Of a stretch of 32,000 bases of DNA, positions 23,512 to 31,526 are shown piece by piece. The notes under the pieces are model-generated. The model was not told the DNA's origin. It was given only the letters and a program-made list of their open reading frames with translations, and did no database searches. This DNA is from Pyrodictium delaneyi (GTDB lineage: Archaea > Thermoproteota > Thermoprotei_A > Sulfolobales > Pyrodictiaceae). Where the stretch lies: the NCBI RefSeq assembly GCF_001412615.1, contig NZ_CP013011.1, positions 1,830,001-1,862,000 of the forward strand, in the 5' to 3' direction. The translations under genes were made by a program, and so were the position numbers. Within the stretch, counting starts at the first letter, position 1. Every line of letters starts with the position of its first letter.

Positions 23512-24018
23512 TTATTGCTTATCCTCCATGTCATGTAGCGGCTCCACTATGAGGTGCACACCCTCGACGCCGACGACTCTCACACGCGTGCCAGGCGGGA
23601 TCTCCTCGCCCGACGCGCTTACTGCGGGCCACTCGTCGCCTGCGACACGCACCCGGCCCCGCGGCTCATCCCCCGTAACGGTCTCCACGACAACGCCAGT
23701 GAGCCCTACTAGGCCCTCATAGCTCGCTGTTACCGGCTTCTGGGGCGGCGAGAGCCGCTTATACACGGCAACCGTAGCAAGTGTCAGCGGTGCTGCGAGC
23801 CCTGCTAGCACCCAGGGGCCCCAGGGCTCCTCGACCACCCCGGGGAACACCGCGAGGAGCACACCGTAGATTATGGCGGCTGTGCCTGGGACTGCTAGGA
23901 AGAACCCGGGGATCAGTATCTCTGCGAGGTCTAGAGCCACGCCTACGAGTATGAGGATGACAGCTAGAGTGTACGCGTCCACTACCGGGCTGCACCCGTG
24001 TAGCCCTTCTAGCCTCAC
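23512..24018 (-). CDS. nfeD: Short NfeD-family membrane protein (TM region plus C-terminal OB-fold)
   Basis: 168 aa with hydrophobic helices followed by GRVRVAGDEWPAVSASGEEIPPGTRVRVVGVEGVHLIVEP, the NfeD C-terminal OB signature. It lies directly upstream of the stomatin gene, the classic operon partner. Confidence 0.85.
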   Translation of the reverse strand: MRLEGLHGCSPVVDAYTLAVILILVGVALDLAEILIPGFFLAVPGTAAIIYGVLLAVFPGVVEEPWGPWVLAGLAAPLTLATVAVYKRLSPPQKPVTASYEGLVGLTGVVVETVTGDEPRGRVRVAGDEWPAVSASGEEIPPGTRVRVVGVEGVHLIVEPLHDMEDKQ

Positions 24019-24119
24019 GCCAGGGTGCTATATCAGGGCGGGTCACTGGGGTCCCTGCTAGAGCCGACGTAGTACAGATATTACGGAACTGTACTACCAC
24101 GTAGTGCTGGGGCGCCGCC

Positions 24120-24368
24120 TTGAGCGTAGTTGTCAGCTTCCGTATAGACAAGAAGCTCAAGGAGAAGATGGATAAGCTAAAGCACATCAACTGGAGCGAA
24201 GTAGTGCGTAGAGCTATTTACGAGACTATAGTGCGCGAGGAGGCTAGGCTCCGCAGAAGAGACCCGGAGAGGATACGGCGTGCCGCATTGAAGTCTGAGG
24301 AGCTTTCGCGCCGGGTAGAGGGGTGGAGCAGCGTAGAGGCGATCCGTAGATGGAGGGAGGCCAGGTAG
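24120..24368 (+). CDS. vapB: Antitoxin VapB-like protein
   Basis: 82 aa. It starts with a short beta-strand-like segment, VVVSFRIDKKLKEKMDKL, followed by helices, and overlaps the downstream PIN gene by 19 nt. Confidence 0.7.
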   Translation: MSVVVSFRIDKKLKEKMDKLKHINWSEVVRRAIYETIVREEARLRRRDPERIRRAALKSEELSRRVEGWSSVEAIRRWREAR

Positions 24369-24778
24369 TAGTAGACGCCTCCGTAGTCGTCAAGTGGTTC
24401 ATTGTCGAGGAGTATAGCAGTGAGGCTAGGCTGCTACGAGACGCCTACGTAGAGGGGCTCATTGACCTTGCTGCCCCGGAGCTGCTTCCCTTTGAGGTTC
24501 TTAACGCGCTCCGATACTCGGGCGCCTTCGGTGAAGATGAGCTCAAAGAGGTTGCCAGGGTTCTGGACGACTTCCAGCTGGCACTATTTCGGCTAGAAGG
24601 CGAGCTAGCCCTTCGAGCTGTCGAGGTGGCTATGAGGAAAGGCGTCACCATATATGATGCCTCCTACGTAGCTCTCGCTGAGCTGCTCGGCGCCACCCTC
24701 TATACGGCTGACGAGAAGCTTATCCGGAAGACGAGGGATCTCGGGGTTGTAAAACACGTTTCAGAGTTCCAGGTCTAA
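24350..24778 (+). CDS. vapC: PIN-domain toxin VapC
   Basis: 142 aa with VVVDASVVVKW (first catalytic Asp), EVLNAL, YDASYVALAE and TADEKL, the conserved acidic positions of PIN nucleases. Confidence 0.85.
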   Translation: MEGGQVVVDASVVVKWFIVEEYSSEARLLRDAYVEGLIDLAAPELLPFEVLNALRYSGAFGEDELKEVARVLDDFQLALFRLEGELALRAVEVAMRKGVTIYDASYVALAELLGATLYTADEKLIRKTRDLGVVKHVSEFQV

Positions 24779-24803
24779 CGCAGAGGCAAGAGGGTGAGAA
24801 GGC

Positions 24804-26270
24804 CTAGAGGCTGCGTAGTAGTTCTATCACAGTGCGTACGCCCCAGCCAGTTGCACCGCTTGGGTAGTATGGCTTCCAGGGGCCCTTCTCCTGCACCCAT
24901 GCCACGCCGGCTATGTCTAGGTGTGCCCAGGGCCGTCCGTCTACGAACTTCTCGAGGAACTTCGCGGCCGTGATAACGCCGGCCCAGCGGCCTCCCACGT
25001 TGTTGGTGTCCGCGGTCTTGCTCTCGAGTTGCTTCTCGTAGACAGGCCACGTGGGCAGCCTCCAGGCTGGTTCGCCGGCGCGCCACGCTGCCTTCTCGAG
25101 CTTGCTCGCCAGTTCCTCATTGTTTGACATGAGCGCGGCCGCGTGGTTGCCTAGGGCTACTACTGCTGCGCCAGTGAGGGTGGCGAGGTCTAGCATTATG
25201 TCTGGCTTGTAGCGCTCTGCGGCGTAGGCCAGGGCGTCGGCCATTATTAGCCTGCCCTCGGCGTCAGTGTTGCCTATCTCTACTGTGACGCCGTTGTACA
25301 TCTTTATCACGTCTAGGGGCTTGTAGCTGCGGCCGCTTGGCATGTTCTCGACTGCCGGGATCAGCGCTACTAGGTCTACTGGGAGCCGGAGCCTAGCAGC
25401 AGCCGCTACTATGCCCAGGGCTGCTGCGCCGCCGCTCTTATCGTACTTCATCTCGAGCATCGCCTGCGGGGGCTTTAGGTCAAGGCCTCCCGCGTCAAAG
25501 GCAACTGCCTTGCCGACTACTGCCACCCTCTTGCCGCCACCATGGTACTCCAAGATTATGAGCCGGGGCTCCACGTCGCTGCCGCCGCCAACAGCTAGTA
25601 TCCCACCCATGCCTAGGCTCTCTAGCTCCTCGCAGTGGAGAACCCTTATCCCGAGGCCGAGTCTAGAGGCTAGCTCCCTAGCTGCCTGCTCTAAGCCCTC
25701 AGGGTTCATGATGTTAGCCGGCGCGTTCGCCACATCCCTGGCCAGCCTTACGCCCTCCGCAACTGCCCTCGCTGCCTCTAATACTTCGTCGTCACCGGGC
25801 TCTAGCCGTACCTCAGCCAGGACGTGAGGCTTCTCGCCCCGACCATGGAGGCTGTAGGCATAGTTAGCCATGTCCGCCGCGACTAGGGCCTGCTCGATCG
25901 CCCAGGCCTTCCCAGCGCCCTCGCCCGCAGCTTTCTCCACAAGACTCTCCTCGACAACTATGCCCAGCCTCTTGACGCTCTTAAGGCGGCGTGCCCGCCG
26001 GACTGCCGCCGCTACCGCTACGCGAAGCCTCTCAACATGCCCAATCCACTCGTCCTCGCCGCCAGCTCCCGAGAGTATGACGCGGGGCACACCGTCTCTC
26101 CGGTAGAGGAGCACCGTCTCCTCGAGCTCGGCCCGGAAGTCGCCGAGCCCTACCACGTGATCCACAAGCGGGTCAATACTGCGGAGCCAGTCCAGCTTCT
26201 CGCGGCCAGCAATGTAGGCAACTGCATCCACGCTTTCCCGGGCATTACCCACAACTATAGAGCCGCGCAT
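24804..26270 (-). CDS. pepA: M17 leucyl aminopeptidase
   Basis: 488 aa with VGKAVAFDAGGLDLKP and the NTDAEGRL signature (GNTDAEGRLIMADAL), plus LATLTGA. Confidence 0.93.
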   Translation of the reverse strand: MRGSIVVGNARESVDAVAYIAGREKLDWLRSIDPLVDHVVGLGDFRAELEETVLLYRRDGVPRVILSGAGGEDEWIGHVERLRVAVAAAVRRARRLKSVKRLGIVVEESLVEKAAGEGAGKAWAIEQALVAADMANYAYSLHGRGEKPHVLAEVRLEPGDDEVLEAARAVAEGVRLARDVANAPANIMNPEGLEQAARELASRLGLGIRVLHCEELESLGMGGILAVGGGSDVEPRLIILEYHGGGKRVAVVGKAVAFDAGGLDLKPPQAMLEMKYDKSGGAAALGIVAAAARLRLPVDLVALIPAVENMPSGRSYKPLDVIKMYNGVTVEIGNTDAEGRLIMADALAYAAERYKPDIMLDLATLTGAAVVALGNHAAALMSNNEELASKLEKAAWRAGEPAWRLPTWPVYEKQLESKTADTNNVGGRWAGVITAAKFLEKFVDGRPWAHLDIAGVAWVQEKGPWKPYYPSGATGWGVRTVIELLRSL

Positions 26271-26607
26271 AACACGGAAGCCTCCGGAAGCCTCGGCCCT
26301 CGGGCTCCTGGGGATAATATTGGCGCGCCACCTCCTGCAGAGCCACTACAGCATAGTAGGGAGCCCAAAAACCACCACGACATAATTCCTCGATGTGCTG
26401 TGCAGGCTCCACAGGAAACGAGTACACAGTGCTACCCAGTCCAAGTCGGCACAGCATCCAAATTTCCGGGAGACGCATCTTCACAAGTATTTAGAAATCA
26501 ACAAATGAAGGATAAGCCTTACAATACGTTACAGAGCCTGCAATACAGCCACCCGGCAGAGGCCTGGGCAACGCGCCAGCCTCCCGCCATCCCAATGGGG
26601 TGGCAGA

Positions 26608-26802
26608 GTGTCAATACCCCTCATATCCGGACTGCTTGCAGCCTTAGCCCTCGTGCTCTATGGTAGCTTGAAGCTCCTTAAGAGGTGCAGTAGGGAAGCT
26701 GATGACCTACTACGCGGTTTCGAGACGTTTGCTGGTGTTATCCTGCTACTGCTTAGCGTTATGCTTGTAGTCGCGTTACATGCGGCTGCAACTGCAAAGT
26801 AG
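26608..26802 (+). CDS. Possible small two-TM membrane protein (64 aa)
   Basis: MSIPLISGLLAALALVLYGSL...FAGVILLLLSVMLVVALHAAA. GTG start. There is no further support. Confidence 0.35.
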   Translation: MSIPLISGLLAALALVLYGSLKLLKRCSREADDLLRGFETFAGVILLLLSVMLVVALHAAATAK

Positions 26803-26920
26803 GCTCCCCGCCGAGGCTCCAAAGAGCCGAAGGGAATAGGGTACGGCAAGCTAGAGAGTCTCTAAGTTTTGCATAGCTTATAGTAACTACTTGTTCGATG
26901 ACGCTGGTCTACCCGACTAT

Positions 26921-27694
26921 TTACATCTCTACCTGGTCTAAGAGATCCTCCAGTAGGGCTAGTTCGGGGAACTCAAGCACACCCAGCTCCTCTGCTAGTA
27001 CGTAGGGCTTGATCTCGCCTAGGGGGATCTCTTCGCGTAGTATCGGGGAGAGGTAGGTATCGGGGCTCAGAGAGACCGTGGTCCCTGTCTGGTACTGGCC
27101 TACCGCCGGGAGCACCACGAGGCGAGCGTCTAGGACTGGATAGGGCGCGACTAGGAAGGCGGGGAGCTTGGCCACGTAGCCTAGCTTGTCTCGTAGCCTT
27201 AGACTTGGGTGCTCGTGGCCCATGACTACTACTTCCACCTTGCCGGGGTAGTCTCCTTGTGGCTTCTTGTGCCCATGTATCACGAGTATGCCCTCCGCGT
27301 AGAGCTCCTGGACTATCTCTACGCCGTAGTCCTTGGCTACTATTGGAAGGTAGTTGTCGTGATTCCCCCGTACTATGGTCACACGTACACCCTTCTCCTT
27401 TACGAGGTACTGGAAGACCCGAGAGAGTTCTTCGCGTTCACTCCGTAGGAGCCTAGAGAAGCTGTGCTTCACGTCACCGGCGAATATCACCCACTCAGCG
27501 CCGGTTAGCTCTAGGCCCTGGCGCAGCACCTCCAGGGTGCGTAGCAGCTGTATCCGGGGCACATAGTAGCCCTGCTGAGCCGCCTCCTCCTCGAAGCCTA
27601 GGTGCGTGTCGGCAAGCACTAGGGCGCGTAGCCTCCGGATGTAGACCGCTGGCAGATCTGCTACCGTCTCGATACCCGGCGCTAGCTCGATCAA
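26921..27694 (-). CDS. Calcineurin-like metallophosphoesterase (COG1407-type ICC-like phosphoesterase)
   Basis: 257 aa with VLADTHLGFE, FAGDVKHSF, RGNHDNY, IHGHK and MGHEHP metallophosphoesterase motifs. TTG start. Confidence 0.85.
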   Translation of the reverse strand: MIELAPGIETVADLPAVYIRRLRALVLADTHLGFEEEAAQQGYYVPRIQLLRTLEVLRQGLELTGAEWVIFAGDVKHSFSRLLRSEREELSRVFQYLVKEKGVRVTIVRGNHDNYLPIVAKDYGVEIVQELYAEGILVIHGHKKPQGDYPGKVEVVVMGHEHPSLRLRDKLGYVAKLPAFLVAPYPVLDARLVVLPAVGQYQTGTTVSLSPDTYLSPILREEIPLGEIKPYVLAEELGVLEFPELALLEDLLDQVEM

Positions 27695-27737
27695 GGCCCT
27701 GTTGAACCCGGGTTCAAGCAGAGGAGCGCCAGGGCCC

Positions 27738-27746
27738 TCTATAAGG
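27738..27746. promoter_or_regulatory. TATA-like box TCTATAAGG, possibly bidirectional
   Basis: It lies ~47 nt from the phosphoesterase TTG (27694) on one side and ~20 nt from the GC-rich hairpin element (27761) on the other. The same CTATAAGG/CTTATAGG motif recurs at 7693-7700 and ~28012-28020. Confidence 0.35.
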
Positions 27747-27760
27747 CTGCGCAGTGGTGT

Positions 27761-27849
27761 GGGCCGCGGGGGAACCCGCCACTCATAGCCAGGGGCCTCT
27801 ACGGCCCGCGTGGCTCCTCATGGCGGAGCGGGGGCGAGACCCGCGGCCC
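27761..27849. other. 89-nt GC-rich imperfect long hairpin / palindromic element (candidate structured RNA or leader)
   Basis: Four stems were found: an outer 10-bp perfect stem GGGCCGCGGG 27761-27770 / CCCGCGGCCC 27840-27849; CCGCCA 27776-27781 / TGGCGG 27821-27826; AGCCA 27787-27791 / TGGCT 27811-27815; and an apical GGGCC 27793-27797 / GGCCC 27803-27807. A symmetric 5x5 internal loop is CTCAT / CCTCA. Confidence 0.35.
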
Positions 27850-27869
27850 CGGTTAGTACATAACCGTGG

Positions 27870-28673
27870 ATGGGGCCGGCCTTCTCACTAGCGGGCTTAG
27901 GTGCTATAACGTTCTTAAACCCAACCATATTGTGTCTGAGTCTGGGCACAGATGGCCTACAGGGCCAATATATCACTTCCGGCTCAGCCCCTATTCCCCC
28001 AGCTTTGAACTCTTATAGGAGGGTAGAGGCTGCTGTGATTATCCCCCCTAGCGGCGGCTCAGACGAGAAGTTCCTCCATCTGCTAGACAGAGTCGAGGAT
28101 GAATCAACACGTATCGGATTGAAGCCAGTTATGAGGGAAGATGGGTCGGCTCTCTACGCGCTCAGTTACCTCTACACAGCACTGCATAGTAGCCGTGAAC
28201 GGGAAATAGTAGCACTAGACCTGGGTGCTGGTATAGGCTACTCCACGCTTTGGATAGCCCGGGGCATAGAGGAGGCCTGCATTGGTCGTTGCCGGGTCGT
28301 TGCTGTAGAGCGGGAAGAGTCTAGATATCATCGGCTACGCATGGTACTAAGTGAGGCCGGGCTCCGCAGTATCGAGCTGGAAGCAGTGCACGCAGATGCA
28401 TTGAAATACCTTATGGACTTGCCAGACGAAAGCATAGACATGGCCTTCGTCGATGTGGAGAAGGGGCTTTACCCTCTGGTGCTCCGCACACTCGAGGATA
28501 AGCTCCGCTACGGTGGAGTAGCTGTGTTCCACAATGCATTCTACCCAAAACCCTCCGAGATGTTCCTAAAGACGGCCCGACGCTGGCCATGGAAGACAAC
28601 GATAGTACCTACACGGCTCGGGTTGTTAGTGGCAGTGAAGATGGGCGGTGGGGCTAGAGAGGCCGGGCTATGA
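27870..28673 (+). CDS. Class I SAM-dependent O-methyltransferase (COG4122 / YrrM-like); the true start may be GTG 28035
   Basis: Motif I IVALDLGAGIGYST, then AVEREE and DMAFVDVEK, typical of family-3 O-methyltransferases. The first 55 codons are low-GC and not family-like, and a CTTATAGG box lies ~20 nt before GTG 28035. Confidence 0.8.
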   Translation: MGPAFSLAGLGAITFLNPTILCLSLGTDGLQGQYITSGSAPIPPALNSYRRVEAAVIIPPSGGSDEKFLHLLDRVEDESTRIGLKPVMREDGSALYALSYLYTALHSSREREIVALDLGAGIGYSTLWIARGIEEACIGRCRVVAVEREESRYHRLRMVLSEAGLRSIELEAVHADALKYLMDLPDESIDMAFVDVEKGLYPLVLRTLEDKLRYGGVAVFHNAFYPKPSEMFLKTARRWPWKTTIVPTRLGLLVAVKMGGGAREAGL

Positions 28674-29706
28674 ATATCCCGTCTCGGTCACGGATGATAC
28701 GAGCAAGCACGAGCTCGCCGGGCTTGAGGCCACGAGCCCCGACAAGCGTCACTAGGCGGCGCATATCCAGGGTGGCGGCCAGCAGTTCGCCACGGAGCCA
28801 GCCCGGGCCAACTACCTGGAGTTTAGCTACCTGGCCCCGGCGGAGCGGATGCCTGACGCGGGGCGCGTAGCGCATACCCCATTCCTCCATGCTCCAGGTG
28901 AGCCTCTTGCCAGTCCTCTTCTCTAGCTCGCGTATCCACTCCCAGTACTCGTCCCAGCTGGGCTCCCTCACGCCTGGCGGCCGGCGGCCGTGGCGGTGCG
29001 CTATGTACTTCTGTACAGTGACCGGGGGCCAACGCTTCCCCGCACCTATCCGGTAGGCCCACTCAATTATCTCCACGATGTCTTCATCGTTGACACCAGG
29101 GAGCCAGACCGGAGTGACATGAAGGTCTATGCTTGTCTCCCGAGCGATGTACTCTGCGAGCCTCCTTACCCGCTCCACGTCGTACCACAGTGTCCCGGCG
29201 AGCCGCCGTGCCTTCTCGGGGTTTAGGGTCTCTATGCTGAGGTTTACCCGGTCGAGCCCCGCCTCCTCCAGCCTGTCTACAAGTTCTCTAGTGAGGGTCT
29301 CGCCGTGAGTCTCAGCTGCAACACTTGCTACGACTCCAGTCTCCTTGAGGAGTCGGACTAGCGTGGGGAGCCACGGGTAAGCGAACGGATCTCCGACACC
29401 ATCAATGAGGGCCTCTACAGCAACGCCCTTCTCTCGAGCAACTTCCTCGACCCACTCAGCAAGCCACCTAGGGTCAACAATGTACTCTGCTCGGCGGGCC
29501 CGACTTCCGGGCCCCGCGTCGACGCTGCAGAAGACGCAGCTCAGAGGACAGATAGTGGTGGGCCTCACCTGTAGTACGTTGGTTCCACGGTCGATGACGC
29601 CGAATTGTATAACCCCCATGAGCGGAAGCGGTTTCTCCACCATGTAGACTTGGCGGCTGCCCCACTCGGCTAGCCGGCGGAGCCCGAGCCTCTGTTCAAG
29701 CCTCAA
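28654..29706 (-). CDS. Radical SAM protein (archaeal COG2100-like) with C-terminal beta-rich extension
   Basis: 350 aa with the CX3CX2C motif CPLSCVFC, then DGVGDPFAYP and NLSIETLNPE of the radical-SAM barrel. Its start overlaps the stop of the upstream methyltransferase gene by 4 nt. Confidence 0.88.
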   Translation of the reverse strand: MRLEQRLGLRRLAEWGSRQVYMVEKPLPLMGVIQFGVIDRGTNVLQVRPTTICPLSCVFCSVDAGPGSRARRAEYIVDPRWLAEWVEEVAREKGVAVEALIDGVGDPFAYPWLPTLVRLLKETGVVASVAAETHGETLTRELVDRLEEAGLDRVNLSIETLNPEKARRLAGTLWYDVERVRRLAEYIARETSIDLHVTPVWLPGVNDEDIVEIIEWAYRIGAGKRWPPVTVQKYIAHRHGRRPPGVREPSWDEYWEWIRELEKRTGKRLTWSMEEWGMRYAPRVRHPLRRGQVAKLQVVGPGWLRGELLAATLDMRRLVTLVGARGLKPGELVLARIIRDRDGIFIARPL

Positions 29707-30311
29707 CCTTCTACACTCCCTCCGCGCCGGGGCCTACAGCCTGGTGGTGGCTCCCGGCTGCATCTAGCCAGCGCTTCTAGCAGGTGCCGGGCATCCCCGG
29801 GGAGCTTCTCGCCGCAACGTGTCCATCGCTGGTCGCTGACACCGATCACATAGACATGTACTGTGCGGAGTATATCGCTCTCGTCGCGGAGCCTCCGGGT
29901 GTAAAGCGGTGTCCAGCCCGGCACCGGGAAATCTATCGTGACCACGCGGGCACCTGGCTGCAACTCCTCCTCTAGCTTCGGCCGCAACGCTTCATTTATG
30001 CTCCTATAGAGATAGATGTAGACGAGCGTAGCATCGCGGAGACTAACCTTGAAGAAGTCACCCTCTATTATCTCGACCCGGTCAGCGACGCCATCCATCC
30101 GCGCCTTAGCCTTAGAAACCTCTACGAGTACGGGGTCAAGCTCAACGCCTATAGCTTTCTTTACGCAAAAATCCCTGGCAGCTATAACCACTGCTCTGCC
30201 GTCGCCAGAGCCTAAGTCGTAGACTGTGTCGCAAGGCCCGGCCCACGCTGCTTCAAGCGCTGTATACACTACGCTAATAGGAGTCGGTATCCATGGCGCA
30301 ACCTTGCCCAA
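29703..30311 (-). CDS. Small class I SAM-dependent methyltransferase resembling the conserved crenarchaeal protein-lysine methyltransferase (aKMT-type)
   Basis: 202 aa with N-terminal WIPTP, motif I VYDLGSGDGRAVVIAA, then VKKAIGVELDP, GDFF and PKLEEELQPGARVVT...VHVYVIG. The family assignment rests on remembered motif resemblance, not a search. Confidence 0.75.
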   Translation of the reverse strand: MGKVAPWIPTPISVVYTALEAAWAGPCDTVYDLGSGDGRAVVIAARDFCVKKAIGVELDPVLVEVSKAKARMDGVADRVEIIEGDFFKVSLRDATLVYIYLYRSINEALRPKLEEELQPGARVVTIDFPVPGWTPLYTRRLRDESDILRTVHVYVIGVSDQRWTRCGEKLPGDARHLLEALARCSREPPPGCRPRRGGSVEG

Positions 30312-30388
30312 GATCCTTTCACACCAGGCTGCAAGGACCCTCAGCTAGCCCTATATACGCGAAGAGCGGGCTAGCCGTGTTCCCAAGT

Positions 30389-31504
30389 CTAGTCAGCTGG
30401 CGCTAGGTCTATTAGCTTGGGCGGCAGGTGTATGTAGACCTCGTCTCCTGGCTTGGGAAACGCTCCAAGCACTGCTATAAGGGGGCCTCTGGCTTGTTCT
30501 GCTAGGAGTCTTATGGTACCTATTTCTAGGTATAGTCGGACACCGTAGCGGGTAACTAGTACCTCATCTATCCGAGCAGGGTAAACGTTTATGCCTACCA
30601 CGGGTTTCTTCAACACTACTATGTCGTCAGGCCTAATGGCTATTCGTACACGGGCTCCAGGCTTCAATCGCCTACCAGCAGTATCGATCCTGGCTTCTAG
30701 TCTGCCTAGACCCTCTGCCTCCAGGACTACCTGGCTGTTGTTGACGCTAAGTATTCTTGCTTCTAGGACTGTATAGCCTAGGAACTCTGCCGCACCATAG
30801 CGTAGAGGCTTACCTGCCAGCTCGTAGGGCGGTGCGTCCGCTACTAGTCGGCCATCCCTAAGTATTGTTATCCGGTCCCCGAGGCTCCAAGCGTCCGCGA
30901 AGCTGTGGGTCACCATCACTGTTGCGACGCGGAGCTGCCGGAGTATGCCTCGTAGCTCGCTGCGGAGCCGCTCCCGGCTAGGAGCATCCATGGCGCTGAA
31001 CGGCTCGTCCATAAGGAGGAGCCTGGGCTCCACTACTAGGGCCCGGGCTAGGGCTACGCGCTGCCGCTGGCCGCCGCTGAGCTGGCCCGGCCTTCTATCC
31101 AGCAGCCCTGCGAGGCCGAGGAGCTCTGCTATCTCGCGGACGCGTGCCCTTATCTCCTCCTCGGGGAGCTTCCTGGCGCGGAGCCCGAAGGCTATGTTCT
31201 CGTAGACCGTCATGTGGGGGAAGAGCGCGTATTCTTGTGGCACAAGTGCTACGCCACGCCGCTCTGGCGGTACATTCACGCGTGGCGGGCCACTAGCGTA
31301 GACGGTCTCGCCCATGATCTCTATTAGGCCGCGGCGCGGCTCTACGAGGCCTGCTATTGTGTTTAGTAGTGTTGTCTTGCCCGCACCGTTCGGCCCTAGG
31401 ACTACTAGGACTGAAGCCTTCTCGGCGCTCAAACTTATGCCCTGGAGCACCGTCCTACCGCCGCGCTCCACCCAGAGGTCTTCAACGCGGAGTGCTGACC
31501 CCAA
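30389..31504 (-). CDS. ABC transporter ATP-binding protein with C-terminal TOBE-like domain (molybdate/tungstate/sulfate-type importer)
   Basis: 371 aa with Walker A GPNGAGKTT, signature LSGGQRQRVALARAL and Walker B LLLMDEPFSAMD. The ~130-aa C-terminal beta-rich extension is as found in ModC/WtpC/CysA. Confidence 0.9.
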   Translation of the reverse strand: MGSALRVEDLWVERGGRTVLQGISLSAEKASVLVVLGPNGAGKTTLLNTIAGLVEPRRGLIEIMGETVYASGPPRVNVPPERRGVALVPQEYALFPHMTVYENIAFGLRARKLPEEEIRARVREIAELLGLAGLLDRRPGQLSGGQRQRVALARALVVEPRLLLMDEPFSAMDAPSRERLRSELRGILRQLRVATVMVTHSFADAWSLGDRITILRDGRLVADAPPYELAGKPLRYGAAEFLGYTVLEARILSVNNSQVVLEAEGLGRLEARIDTAGRRLKPGARVRIAIRPDDIVVLKKPVVGINVYPARIDEVLVTRYGVRLYLEIGTIRLLAEQARGPLIAVLGAFPKPGDEVYIHLPPKLIDLAPAD

Positions 31505-31526
31505 GACGCGTGCCCCTCTTCCCTTG

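Noticed and set aside
26245-26484. A 79-aa minus-strand ORF lies just upstream of pepA and overlaps its start.
   Set aside because: It has no recognisable motif and an odd composition (Cys/Tyr/Arg-rich tail). It probably reflects the pepA 5' leader or promoter region. It is not excluded as a small protein, but it is unsupported.
25342-26666. Plus-strand ORFs (25342..25827, 25870..26106, 26037..26666) lie antisense to or overlapping pepA and its upstream region.
   Set aside because: They are Ser/Ala/Pro/Thr-rich shadows of the M17 aminopeptidase gene. The 26037..26666 ORF has no coherent composition beyond pepA.
27761-27849. I tested whether the GC-rich element is a tRNA, an intron-containing or split tRNA-Met half. 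It has a 7-10 bp terminal stem, and CTCAT appears twice in anticodon-loop-like contexts.
   Set aside because: On neither strand could I build D- or T-arms: there is no GTTC-type T-loop, and only 14 nt separate the acceptor-like stem from the next helix. The element folds as a single rod, not a cloverleaf.
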